Shown here piece after piece: positions 19,655 through 29,484 of a stretch of 64,000 nucleotides of DNA. The number at the start of each line of letters is the position of its first letter. Position 1 is the stretch's first letter. Position numbers and translations under genes: made by a program. A model generated the notes under the pieces. The model saw only the letters and a program-made list of their open reading frames with translations. It was not told the DNA's origin and did no database searches. Location: the NCBI GenBank assembly GCA_030149175.1, contig JASBSA010000029.1, positions 905 to 64,904 on the forward strand, read 5' to 3'. The stretch is from Winogradskyella sp. GTDB taxonomy: Bacteria > Bacteroidota > Bacteroidia > Flavobacteriales > Flavobacteriaceae.

Positions 19655-20395
19655 TTAATGTTTTCTATTTAAATAGTCTTTAAGCTTTTGGTTGAATTCT
19701 GTTAATGACATTTTTTTTCCTTTAGGTTCTTTAATTTCTATTTCTTCTTCAGGATTCAATTTCATGTTAATAAAGTGAAATTTTAAGTTATTGTCAATAT
19801 TTAGTTCTAGTGTAATACCTGGTAAACCATTAAAACCTTTAATTCCAAAATTAAGCGGAATTTCTGTGGTATACCATGCTGTTATTTTTTTTGAAATCTT
19901 CCCTGCTCTGCCTTCAGAAACCATAACCGTAGTGGCTTTTTTGCATGTGTAATGACCAATTTTCTTTGTTTCATCTAATAAATCCCATTCATAAGGATCG
20001 ATATTAATTAAGATATCATTGAAATTCGAATTTTGCCTGAATTGTTCTTTTGTTTCTAAATTTGTATAATAGATATTATTTTCATCGGCTTGCACTGAGG
20101 TTAAGTTTATTTTTTTTTCTCCTTCATTTTCCATTTTTTTTTCTTCAGAAAAAAATAGAGACTCCTTATCTTTGAAAATTAATTTAAAAGTAATACTGTC
20201 AGAACTTGAAATGGCTTCTATGATAGTAGCCTTCAACTTTTCGGGTGTTTCTTTATCCTGTCTGATTTTTTTTAGCATTTCATCTTTATCTATCGTAGCC
20301 TTGTAGGTTATCACTCCAGAAACATCTTGTGAATGAATAATTAAAGTATTGAACAGAAGAAATATTAATAATAATTGTTTAATTTGATTTTTCAT
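19655..20395 (-). CDS. GLPGLI family protein
   Basis: Signal peptide; ETKKIGHYTCKKAT; AWYTTEIPLNFGIKGFNGLPGITLE. Confidence 0.9.
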   Translation of the reverse strand: MKNQIKQLLLIFLLFNTLIIHSQDVSGVITYKATIDKDEMLKKIRQDKETPEKLKATIIEAISSSDSITFKLIFKDKESLFFSEEKKMENEGEKKINLTSVQADENNIYYTNLETKEQFRQNSNFNDILINIDPYEWDLLDETKKIGHYTCKKATTVMVSEGRAGKISKKITAWYTTEIPLNFGIKGFNGLPGITLELNIDNNLKFHFINMKLNPEEEIEIKEPKGKKMSLTEFNQKLKDYLNRKH

Positions 20396-20409
20396 ATTTG
20401 ATTTTTCAT
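20382..20409. repeat. 14-bp tandem duplication of the GLPGLI gene start
   Basis: ATTTGATTTTTCAT x2 (20382-20395, 20396-20409). Confidence 0.9.
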
Positions 20410-20654
20410 AATTTTTCTAAATTAAAATGCGTTAAAAGCTCTAAGAAATGGCTAATTACTGTATTTATTCAAATACTTAATTGGCTCTAGTTTGTAAAGG
20501 TGTTTTTTAAACTTCAATTACAAGTAATTTAAAAAATCACACCCTATTTATTGATTATGTCCTGTAACTTAATACTAGAAGACTTTATAGTATAACAAAA
20601 AAAATTAAACTAAAGCCATTAAATTCTTTAAGCAACTTATTTTATAAGGCTATG

Positions 20655-20870
20655 TTAGCCTCCACATCCATAATAGTCCATGCAACGAGCAAAGTAATTG
20701 TACTCTTGTTCAAATGACCAATCCATACTATAAGCAACTCCTCTAGCGATGTAATCACAAGTACCCCAAGCCTCATAACAATCAGTTTCAAATTCTTCTT
20801 GTGATTTGGCATTGATTAAGCTTCCAGCAAATAAAACAACAGCCAAAAGGCTAAACATTTTTTTCTTCAT
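20655..20870 (-). CDS. Small secreted Cys-containing peptide, 71 aa
   Basis: MKKK plus hydrophobic core plus INA cleavage site; mature part has C-x6-C and C-x5-C. Confidence 0.8.
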   Translation of the reverse strand: MKKKMFSLLAVVLFAGSLINAKSQEEFETDCYEAWGTCDYIARGVAYSMDWSFEQEYNYFARCMDYYGCGG

Positions 20871-20884
20871 AATTTTAAATTTAA

Positions 20885-20901
20885 GACCATAAATTATGGT
20901 C
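20885..20901. promoter_or_regulatory. Palindrome GACCATAA-A-TTATGGTC
   Basis: Perfect 8-bp inverted repeat 14 nt upstream of the peptide ATG. Confidence 0.5.
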
Positions 20902-21058
20902 GATTAATAAAAGTGATTATTAACAAAGCCTATAAATTACAAAGTCCTACAAAGTCATTTTTTAAATTAAAAAAACCAGATCTGGCTTTGGATTAACCCA
21001 ATGTACTTATCAAACTAAGCGACTTTGTAATTACTTATTTCGATTAGCACATTGCTAA

Positions 21059-21076
21059 TATAGAAAATATTCTATA
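21059..21076. promoter_or_regulatory. Operator candidate TATAGAA-AATA-TTCTATA between divergent promoters
   Basis: 7-bp inverted repeat overlapping a minus-strand TATATTAG box; plus-strand TACATTTG box at 21104-21111. Confidence 0.5.
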
Positions 21077-21160
21077 TAATAAACATATTTAAATTAAAAA
21101 AATTACATTTGCAATATCAAACCCTATCTAACATATTCATATGTGTTCCCTTAAAGCCTT

Positions 21161-21520
21161 ATGAGTAAGACTATTAATCGTATTATAAAACTATTGGAAG
21201 CACTAAACATTAGTGCTAGACAGTTTGATATATCTATTGGCACAGCTAATGGCTACACGTTACGTATGCAAAAAAACAATGCTTCAGTAGGAAGCGATGT
21301 TATTGAGCGTATTGTAAAAGAGTATCCACAAGTTAATCTTGTTTGGTTAATTACTGGCAAAGGTGATATGTTTATTACTAAGCCGAGTGAGCCCAAAGTA
21401 AGGTCTAAAGAAGAAATTGAGGCGTATATCAACCAACGTTTAAAAGAAAAATTATCTGACGAGAAACAAGCACTTTTGGAAGAAATTCTTAAGGAGATAG
21501 ATAATGTAAAGAAAGAATAG
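21161..21520 (+). CDS. Xre/CI-like HTH transcriptional regulator
   Basis: ISARQFDISIGTANGY helix-turn-helix; YPQVNLVWLITGKGDMF signature; no peptidase domain. Confidence 0.85.
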   Translation: MSKTINRIIKLLEALNISARQFDISIGTANGYTLRMQKNNASVGSDVIERIVKEYPQVNLVWLITGKGDMFITKPSEPKVRSKEEIEAYINQRLKEKLSDEKQALLEEILKEIDNVKKE

Positions 21521-21624
21521 CTATCAAGTTTTCAGAATTTATTTGTAATTTAAAAGTTAGATAATTTAGTAATGCAAGATTGTGTTTTATTATCTTGCAG
21601 CAACTAAGTCAATTACTAACTTAA

Positions 21625-22824
21625 ATGAGTAAATCTTTATCACCATTTACAAAGGCCCAATTACTACCACAAGAAGAAACTTTAGAAGTTTTTAAGAAAA
21701 AAGGTGAACTTTTTATTGGGATACCCAAAGAAACCCATTTTCAAGAAAGTCGTGTTTGTTTAACACCAGATGCAGTTTCTGCATTAACAGCAAATGGCCA
21801 TCGCGTTTTGTTTGAGTCTGGTGCTGGAGAAGGAGCCAATTTTAAAGACAAAGATTACAGTGAAGCTGGTGCAGAAGTTACCAAAGATACTGCAAAGGTC
21901 TACTCCTGCCCTATGGTTTTAAAAGTTGAGCCACCATCATTAGATGAGATATCCCTCATTAATCCGCAAACAATATTAATTTCTGCACTACAGATAAAAA
22001 CACAAAGCAAATCATACTTTGAGGCTTTAGCAAAAAAACGAATTACGGCTCTGGCCTTTGAATATATCAAAGATGACGATGGAGCTTATCCAGCCGTACG
22101 TTCCCTTAGTGAAATTGCTGGTACTGCGTCTATACTCATTGCATCAGAGCTGTTATCTAATGTTAATGGCGGTAATGGCCTAATGATGGGCAACATTAAT
22201 GGTGTCCCACCAACCGAAGTACTTATTCTAGGCGCTGGTACTGTAGGTGAATTTGCTGCGCGTTCTGCAATGGGTCTTGGTGCCAACATAAAAATCTTTG
22301 ACAGCTCTATTACAAAATTGCGTTGTATCCAAAATAATCTAGGTAGATCTGTTTATACGTCTACCATGCAACCAAAAAACTTATTAAAAGCGTTAAAACG
22401 TTGTGATGTGGCTATAGGAGCTGTAAGAGGCACTAATCGTTCTCCTGTTGTAGTCACAGAAACTATGGTAGAACACATGAAACCAGGCTCTGTTATTATA
22501 GATGTAAGTATAGATATGGGTGGCTGTTTTGAAACTAGTGAAGTTACCACCCACGATCATCCTACCTTTGAGCACAATGGTGTCATCCATTATTGTGTTC
22601 CTAACATACCTGCGAGATACTCTAGAACCGCTTCGGTTTCTATTAGTAACATCTTCACACCTTATCTGCTTGAAATTGGTGAGCATGGAGGACTAGAAAA
22701 TGCACTACGTTTTGACAGAGGATTAAAAAATGGGTTGTATTTTTACCACGGTATCTTAACTAACAAATCCGTTGCAGAATGGTTTGGTTTAGACTATAAT
22801 GATGCCAACTTATTAATTTTCTAA
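21625..22824 (+). CDS. Alanine dehydrogenase family protein
   Basis: IGIPKE…ESRV, GAGTVG Rossmann motif, DVSIDMGGCFETS, HYCVPNIP. Confidence 0.85.
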   Translation: MSKSLSPFTKAQLLPQEETLEVFKKKGELFIGIPKETHFQESRVCLTPDAVSALTANGHRVLFESGAGEGANFKDKDYSEAGAEVTKDTAKVYSCPMVLKVEPPSLDEISLINPQTILISALQIKTQSKSYFEALAKKRITALAFEYIKDDDGAYPAVRSLSEIAGTASILIASELLSNVNGGNGLMMGNINGVPPTEVLILGAGTVGEFAARSAMGLGANIKIFDSSITKLRCIQNNLGRSVYTSTMQPKNLLKALKRCDVAIGAVRGTNRSPVVVTETMVEHMKPGSVIIDVSIDMGGCFETSEVTTHDHPTFEHNGVIHYCVPNIPARYSRTASVSISNIFTPYLLEIGEHGGLENALRFDRGLKNGLYFYHGILTNKSVAEWFGLDYNDANLLIF

Positions 22825-22836
22825 ACTATCCTACAC

Positions 22837-23214
22837 ATGAAATTTACACAGCGCTTAGCCTATTATCTTAGCGGCTTTGCTATTGGTTTTATTATTTTAA
22901 TGTTCTTTCTAAATGGTAAAAATGCTTCATGTGACTATGGACCAAATGCCAGAACAGTGAAAAATATAAGTTCTAAAAAAATAACCTATTCTAACGAGGT
23001 TTTAAGTTTTACAACTAATCATTCTATAGACTCCACTACTGTAATTAATCTCATAAAATACGGAAGCGTTGATTTTTCTAAGAGCAACACTGATACGGAT
23101 TCCTGTAAAATTTATCATATTGATAATATATACAAAGAGAGAGAAATTGAACTAAGTGTTGAAAATTGTGATTCCATAGCTAAAATATTAGTTATGAGTT
23201 ACCTTAACGAATAA
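22837..23214 (+). CDS. Membrane-anchored hypothetical protein (DUF4258-like)
   Basis: N-terminal TM; CDYGPNARTV, GSVDFSKS; family name from recall. Confidence 0.65.
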   Translation: MKFTQRLAYYLSGFAIGFIILMFFLNGKNASCDYGPNARTVKNISSKKITYSNEVLSFTTNHSIDSTTVINLIKYGSVDFSKSNTDTDSCKIYHIDNIYKEREIELSVENCDSIAKILVMSYLNE

Positions 23215-23294
23215 AATAACAGTTTCATAGTATAAATATTCATTCTCAAAATTTAATTTTAATATTTGAGCTCAAAACTTAAATCTACCAAAAA

Positions 23295-24317
23295 ATGAAA
23301 ATACTTGTAACCGGAGCTGCGGGATTCATTGGCTTTTTCACATCTAAAGTATTACTAGAAAAAGGACATGAAGTTATTGGCCTAGACAATATTAATGACT
23401 ATTACGATGTTAACCTTAAATTTTCAAGGTTACAAGAATTAGGGGTTAACAGAAACGAAGCTGAAACCTTCAATAAGCTATGCAACAGTACAAATGATAA
23501 ATTTTCATTTGTTAGAATGAATCTTGAAGACCGAGAAGCGTTACCAAAACTTTTTGAACAAGAAAAATTTGATGTGGTGTGTAATCTTGCTGCACAAGCT
23601 GGTGTTAGGCATAGCCTTGAAAACCCAGAGACCTATATAGATTCTAACCTAGTTGGGTTTTTAAATATTCTTGAATGTTGTAGACACTATAACATTAAGC
23701 ACTTGGTCTATGCAAGTAGCTCTAGTGTTTATGGCCTCAACGAAAAGATCCCATTTTCAACAGACGATAATGTAGATCACCCAATAAGTTTATATGCTGC
23801 TACAAAAAAGAGTAACGAATTAATGGCGCACACGTACAGTCATTTATTCAATATTCCAACTACTGGCTTACGATTTTTCACCGTTTACGGTCCTTGGGGA
23901 AGACCAGATATGGCCATGTTCTTATTTACAGATGCTATTGTGAATGATAGACCTATTAAGGTTTTTAATCATGGTAAAATGGAGCGTGACTTCACTTATA
24001 TTGATGATATTGTAGAAGGAGTTGTGCGCATTTGCGAAAAACCAACACAAGAACGCATCGACACTAAGGCTTTATATAAAGTTTATAATATTGGTAATAA
24101 CAACTCTGTAAAACTATTAGATTTTATAAAAGAAATAGAATTTAATTTAGGTAAGGAAGCTGAGAAAAATATGATGCCCATACAACCTGGTGATGTAGAA
24201 AAAACTTGGGCAGATGTAGAGCAGCTTATAAAAGACTACGATTACAGACCTAACACCTCTATAAAAGAAGGAGTTAAGTCATTTGTAAATTGGTACAGGT
24301 CATATTACAGCAAATAG
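23295..24317 (+). CDS. UDP-glucuronate 4-epimerase-like NAD-dependent epimerase
   Basis: TGAAGFIG, LAAQAGVR, YAATKKSNE, FFTVYGPWGRPDMA. Confidence 0.92.
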   Translation: MKILVTGAAGFIGFFTSKVLLEKGHEVIGLDNINDYYDVNLKFSRLQELGVNRNEAETFNKLCNSTNDKFSFVRMNLEDREALPKLFEQEKFDVVCNLAAQAGVRHSLENPETYIDSNLVGFLNILECCRHYNIKHLVYASSSSVYGLNEKIPFSTDDNVDHPISLYAATKKSNELMAHTYSHLFNIPTTGLRFFTVYGPWGRPDMAMFLFTDAIVNDRPIKVFNHGKMERDFTYIDDIVEGVVRICEKPTQERIDTKALYKVYNIGNNNSVKLLDFIKEIEFNLGKEAEKNMMPIQPGDVEKTWADVEQLIKDYDYRPNTSIKEGVKSFVNWYRSYYSK

Positions 24318-24475
24318 AATAATGTCGTATAACGATACAAAAAGCATTCTTTATTAATAAAATGAAGTTTATCGTAAAAACCAGTCGTTGATATATTAAT
24401 TTGCAGATAATTAAATAATTCCCACACTTTTGTTACTTTAAAAAAATTAACCCGAGTCAAACACATAAATTTAAA

Positions 24476-25855
24476 ATGAAAATTTCTAAAATTTGCTGTA
24501 TTGGAGCTGGATATGTAGGTGGACCTACAATGGCTGTGATTGCTAAAATGAATCCTAATATTCAAGTTACTATTGTAGATATAAACCAAGAGCGTATTGA
24601 TGCTTGGAATGATGAAGACGTATCAAAGCTACCTATATATGAGCCCGGTTTAGCAGAAATAGTTGCTGAAACCAGAGGAAAGAATCTACATTTTTCAACA
24701 GAAATAGATAAAGCCATCGATGAGTCTGAAATGATTTTTATTTCAGTTAACACTCCTACCAAGACATACGGTAAAGGAAAGGGAATGGCTGCCGATTTAA
24801 AATACGTAGAGCTATGTGCTAGAAATATTGCAGATGTAGCAAAATCCGATAAAATTGTGGTTGAAAAATCTACATTACCGGTAAGAACTGCTCAAGCAAT
24901 AAAAAGTATACTACATAATACAGGAAGTGATGTTAAATTTGATATTTTATCCAATCCTGAATTTTTAGCTGAAGGTACTGCAATTCAAGACTTATTAAAT
25001 CCTGATCGTGTTTTAATTGGTGGTGAATCTGAAGAAGCAATTGAGGCTTTAGCAAATATTTATGGCAGTTGGGTGCCTCAAGATCAAATCTTAAGAACTA
25101 ATGTCTGGTCATCTGAGTTATCAAAACTAACTGCTAACGCATTTTTAGCACAACGCATTTCTTCTATTAATGCAATTTCAGAACTATGCGAAAGAACCGA
25201 AGCAGATGTGAGTGAAGTTGCAAGAGCAATAGGTATGGATTCTAGGATTGGTTCTAAATTCTTAAATGCATCTATTGGTTTTGGCGGATCTTGTTTTCAA
25301 AAAGACATTTTAAACTTAGTGTATATCGCAAGAAGCTATGGGTTGAATGAAGTTGCTGACTACTGGGAGCAAGTCATAATACTAAATGATCATCAAAAAA
25401 GAAGATTTTCTGATAATTTAATTAGTACGTTATATAATACTGTATCTGGCAAAAAAATTGCTATGTTAGGTTGGGCATTTAAAAAGGATACCAACGATAC
25501 AAGAGAATCTGCTGCTATATACGTAGCAGACCACTTACTAAACGAACAGGCCAATATTGCAGTTTATGACCCTAAAGTGCCAAGTAAGAAAGTATACAGT
25601 GATTTAGATTACTTACAAACACGATCACAAGAAGAAAATAAAGATTTAGTTGAAACTTTTGACAATCCTTATGATGCTGTAAAAGATGCACATGCCATTG
25701 CCATAATGACCGAGTGGGATGAGTTCAAAACTTACGATTGGAAAAAAATCTTTGAATTGATGAAGAAACCTGCTTTTATCTTTGATGGTAGAAACATACT
25801 TAATAAAGATAAGATGACTGAAATTGGTTTCGAATACTCTTCCATAGGAAAGTAA
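24476..25855 (+). CDS. ugd: UDP-glucose 6-dehydrogenase
   Basis: [30 protein letters not shown]. Confidence 0.95.
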   Translation: MKISKICCIGAGYVGGPTMAVIAKMNPNIQVTIVDINQERIDAWNDEDVSKLPIYEPGLAEIVAETRGKNLHFSTEIDKAIDESEMIFISVNTPTKTYGKGKGMAADLKYVELCARNIADVAKSDKIVVEKSTLPVRTAQAIKSILHNTGSDVKFDILSNPEFLAEGTAIQDLLNPDRVLIGGESEEAIEALANIYGSWVPQDQILRTNVWSSELSKLTANAFLAQRISSINAISELCERTEADVSEVARAIGMDSRIGSKFLNASIGFGGSCFQKDILNLVYIARSYGLNEVADYWEQVIILNDHQKRRFSDNLISTLYNTVSGKKIAMLGWAFKKDTNDTRESAAIYVADHLLNEQANIAVYDPKVPSKKVYSDLDYLQTRSQEENKDLVETFDNPYDAVKDAHAIAIMTEWDEFKTYDWKKIFELMKKPAFIFDGRNILNKDKMTEIGFEYSSIGK

Positions 25856-25915
25856 AGCTTGGAGTTAGCTAAAAGTTAATGCTAACTTACCATTAAACTT
25901 GGAAATTATTTAATT

Positions 25916-27019
25916 TTGAATACCAAGAAAAAACATATAGCCTTTGTTATTGGTGCTCTAAGTCCTGGTGGTGCTGAACGTGTTATAACCAATTTAAGTA
26001 ATAGTTTAGTAAAAGATTATAAGGTTACAATAATTACTTTCATTGAGTCTGACCCCTTTTATACTTTAAATGAATCTGTCAATGTAGTCTCATGTTTTAC
26101 AGAATTAAAGAATCCTAAGTCTTTTTTAGGCTCATTAAAGCTGAATTATGCAATCCTTAAGAAAGTAAGCAAAATTACTAAACAAGAGAAAATTGATTTA
26201 CTTATTGGATTTATCACACAGGCAAATATAAAAGCAGTATTAGCAGCAAAGCTAAATAGAATACCGTGTTTGATAAGTGAGCGTAACGATCCTTTGAAGA
26301 ACGATATACCAAAATTTTGGACAATACTTCGAAAATATGTTTATCCTAGAGCTAATTGTTTAATTGTACAGACCGAAAAAGTAAAGCAAGTATATGAACG
26401 TATGATTAAGGCAAAAGAGATGGTGGTTTTACCTAATCCTATTTCTTCAGAACTTTCAAAACTACGAAAAGAATACAGTAGCGATAGAGAAAACATTATT
26501 TTATCTGTTGGCACCTTTAATAATGATAAAAGGCAGGAAAGAATCATCTCTGCTTTTCAACAACTTCAGTTGAGAGATTGGAAATTAATACTGCTAGGTG
26601 AAGGTCCTAATGAATCTAAATTAAAAACACTTATTAAGGAATTGAAGCTTACAGATAAAGTTGAAATGATACCTAAGGTTAGAAATGTCCAAGACTATTA
26701 TAACAAAGCATCTATTTTTGCGTTTGCGTCAAAAGCCGAAGGATTCCCTAATGTATTATTAGAGGCCATGCACTTTGGTCTACCTTCATTATCTACCGAT
26801 TGTAATTATGGTCCTTCTGAGTTAATCATAAATGGTGAAAATGGTTTCCTGTCTCCTGTAGATGATCAAGCTATGTTTGTAGAATATTTACAAAAATTAG
26901 TCAAAAATGAAGATTTGCGATTAGCGTTTTCTAAGAAATCACAAAAAACCACCGAAAAGTTTTTAGATACATATGTTACATCAAGTTGGAGAGATTTAAT
27001 ATCACAACACTTGTCTTAA
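25916..27019 (+). CDS. GT4 glycosyltransferase
   Basis: GGAERV, ISERN, EGFPNVLLEAM. Confidence 0.9.
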   Translation: MNTKKKHIAFVIGALSPGGAERVITNLSNSLVKDYKVTIITFIESDPFYTLNESVNVVSCFTELKNPKSFLGSLKLNYAILKKVSKITKQEKIDLLIGFITQANIKAVLAAKLNRIPCLISERNDPLKNDIPKFWTILRKYVYPRANCLIVQTEKVKQVYERMIKAKEMVVLPNPISSELSKLRKEYSSDRENIILSVGTFNNDKRQERIISAFQQLQLRDWKLILLGEGPNESKLKTLIKELKLTDKVEMIPKVRNVQDYYNKASIFAFASKAEGFPNVLLEAMHFGLPSLSTDCNYGPSELIINGENGFLSPVDDQAMFVEYLQKLVKNEDLRLAFSKKSQKTTEKFLDTYVTSSWRDLISQHLS

Positions 27020-27994
27020 ATGATAAAATTTCTAAAACATATATCTTATGGTCTCCTGATATTTGTACTTATTAACTTGCTAATAGTTTTAAAGTACGAA
27101 TTGCCAGCTTATGAAGCTATTAAAAATAAAACTCACAAAAACTATTTAAAATGGAATAGCATTCATAATAACACTAATAAATATGATTTGATTATTCTAG
27201 GTTCCAGTAGAGCATACACATCCTTAAACCCTAAGGTTATTGATTCAGGTTTAAACATTAAATCTTTTAATATGGGAACTTCCTCGCAAGATATTACAGA
27301 ATCGTTCTACACACTTAAGGAAGTTCTAAATCATCAAAACCCAAAATATATAGTTTTAGAAACCTTTCTTGGTTCTTGTGATGATTTTGTTAACTACTAT
27401 CAAGTTTACTCTAATGCCTCTTTTTTTAAATCCTCTGAACACAAATATGAATTAGTTGTTAACGGCTATGGCAGTAAGGGAATAGTAAATTATCTAATTC
27501 CATTAATGAAGTTTAATAACTACATGAAGCAAGACGTTATATCTATTTTTTCAAAAAGCAATACTAAGGCACCAAAAAAAAACTGGTATAAAGGATTTCA
27601 TTACGATACAACAGTGGTTAGCAAAAGAGACATCAATAGTTTTAAACCTATTCCCAGCTTTAAAAATAAAAACTTTAATAAAGATCGGTTCAAAAGTTAT
27701 TTTGATAAAATCTACGAACTCACAAAAGCCCATGGAATTCAGTTAATTGTATTAAGAACACCTTATCCACCTTCAAGACTATTGTTGGATTCTAATACCG
27801 ATGAAAACAGTTATTATCAAAAATTTTTCAGCAACTATAAAGATGTTGGTTATTATGACCTTAATAGCTATAAACCAGATGTATTCAATTTTAAAGATGA
27901 GGATTTTTCTGATTTTCATCATGCAAATGGTAAGGGTGCAGAAAAAATTAGTAAACAACTTGTTGACATTATAAGAACTCAGCAACTTAATTAA
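27020..27994 (+). CDS. SGNH-hydrolase-like O-acylation partner
   Basis: N-terminal TM, LGSSR, C-terminal DFHHAN (DxxH); adjacent to MBOAT gene. Confidence 0.7.
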   Translation: MIKFLKHISYGLLIFVLINLLIVLKYELPAYEAIKNKTHKNYLKWNSIHNNTNKYDLIILGSSRAYTSLNPKVIDSGLNIKSFNMGTSSQDITESFYTLKEVLNHQNPKYIVLETFLGSCDDFVNYYQVYSNASFFKSSEHKYELVVNGYGSKGIVNYLIPLMKFNNYMKQDVISIFSKSNTKAPKKNWYKGFHYDTTVVSKRDINSFKPIPSFKNKNFNKDRFKSYFDKIYELTKAHGIQLIVLRTPYPPSRLLLDSNTDENSYYQKFFSNYKDVGYYDLNSYKPDVFNFKDEDFSDFHHANGKGAEKISKQLVDIIRTQQLN

Positions 27995-28002
27995 AAACAA
28001 AT

Positions 28003-29436
28003 ATGCTTTTTAATTCCCTAGAATTTTTCATCTTTTTACCAATAGTTTTTGCTATGTATTGGCTTATTGGCAATAAGCGCATTAAACAGCAAAATCTGTT
28101 GATTGCCGTGTCTAGCTATGTTTTCTATGGTTGGTGGGATTGGCGTTTTTTGTTTTTGATACTGTTTAGCTCATTGGTTGATTACACGATTGGCCAGAAG
28201 CTTAATTCTGAAGACAAACCACCTAAGCGCAAGGTACTTCTTTGGACAAGTATCTGTGTAAACCTTGGTTTTCTTGGATTTTTTAAATATTACAATTTCT
28301 TTGTAGATAGTCTAGTGGACTCGTTTACCTTTTTTGGTGGACAACTCAGCATCAATACACTTAACATCATCCTTCCTGTAGGTATTAGCTTCTATACTTT
28401 TCAAACCTTGAGCTATACAATAGACGTCTACAACAGAAAGTTAGAGCCTACCAAGGATTTTTTGGCTTTTATGGCATTTGTTAGCTTTTTCCCACAGTTA
28501 GTTGCCGGACCCATTGAGAGGGCCACTAACCTATTACCTCAGTTTCACATAAAAAGAGAGTTTGTCTATAAGAATGCTGTTGATGGCCTTCGACAAGTAC
28601 TTTGGGGATTGTTTAAAAAGGTAGTCATAGCTGATAATTGTGCTACTTATGCCAATATGATCTTTAATAACCAGCAAGAATATTCCGGAAGTACACTTTT
28701 GCTTGGAGCCTTTTTCTTTGCCTTTCAGATTTATGGTGATTTTTCAGGGTATTCTGATATTGCCATTGGTATCTCGCGTTTATTCGGGTTTAACCTAAAA
28801 CGAAATTTTGCTTTCCCATATTTCTCAAGAGACATTGCCGAATTTTGGAGACGATGGCACATATCGTTATCTACTTGGTTTAGAGACTACTTATATATAC
28901 CTTTAGGTGGTAGCAGAGGCGGCACAAGGATGAAGGTCCGAAATACCTTTATAATTTTCATTGTCAGCGGATTTTGGCATGGTGCAAACTGGACGTTCGT
29001 TGTTTGGGGTGCTCTTAACGCTATATACTTTCTTCCCTTGCTTCTTCTAAAAAAGAACAGGGTTAATACCAACTTGGTAGCCGAAGGAAAAATATTCCCA
29101 AGCGCAAAGGAGTTTTTTCAAATGCTGTCAACCTTTTTCATAACACTTGTTGCATGGGTGTTTTTCAGGGCCGATAACGTGACCAATGCCTTTATTTATA
29201 TAAGGGACATCTTTTCTAGTTCTCTATTAAACAAACCTGAAATTTTCCCGACCACAGTATTAGGATTACTTAGCCTTTTTTTGGTTATTGAGTGGCTCGG
29301 AAGGTCTGGTGAATACGCTATACAGAAAGTTGATTTTATAAATAGGCCGCTAAGATGGAGCTTTTATATGTTATTGATTATTCTAATGTTTATTTTCACA
29401 GGTGAACAACAAGAATTTATTTATTTCCAGTTTTAA
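28003..29436 (+). CDS. MBOAT O-acyltransferase (AlgI/DltB family)
   Basis: LPVGISFYTFQ, FFPQLVAGPIER, DFSGYSDIAIG, FWRRWHISLS, GFWHGA. Confidence 0.95.
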   Translation: MLFNSLEFFIFLPIVFAMYWLIGNKRIKQQNLLIAVSSYVFYGWWDWRFLFLILFSSLVDYTIGQKLNSEDKPPKRKVLLWTSICVNLGFLGFFKYYNFFVDSLVDSFTFFGGQLSINTLNIILPVGISFYTFQTLSYTIDVYNRKLEPTKDFLAFMAFVSFFPQLVAGPIERATNLLPQFHIKREFVYKNAVDGLRQVLWGLFKKVVIADNCATYANMIFNNQQEYSGSTLLLGAFFFAFQIYGDFSGYSDIAIGISRLFGFNLKRNFAFPYFSRDIAEFWRRWHISLSTWFRDYLYIPLGGSRGGTRMKVRNTFIIFIVSGFWHGANWTFVVWGALNAIYFLPLLLLKKNRVNTNLVAEGKIFPSAKEFFQMLSTFFITLVAWVFFRADNVTNAFIYIRDIFSSSLLNKPEIFPTTVLGLLSLFLVIEWLGRSGEYAIQKVDFINRPLRWSFYMLLIILMFIFTGEQQEFIYFQF

Positions 29437-29484
29437 ATTGGAATTCTATATTTTTAACGAACTAAATTTACCACCATTAAGCAA

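Noticed and set aside
20655-20870. RiPP or double-glycine bacteriocin reading of the Cys peptide
   Set aside because: GG is at the extreme C-terminus, the leader is Sec-type, and no modification enzyme or peptidase-ABC transporter is nearby.
15483-21600. Prophage or mobile-element reading of the accessory block because of the CI-like HTH
   Set aside because: No integrase, transposase, structural genes or flanking direct repeats seen.
25863-25887. AGTTAGC/GCTAACT inverted repeat after ugd
   Set aside because: 11-nt loop and no U-tract; too weak to call a terminator.
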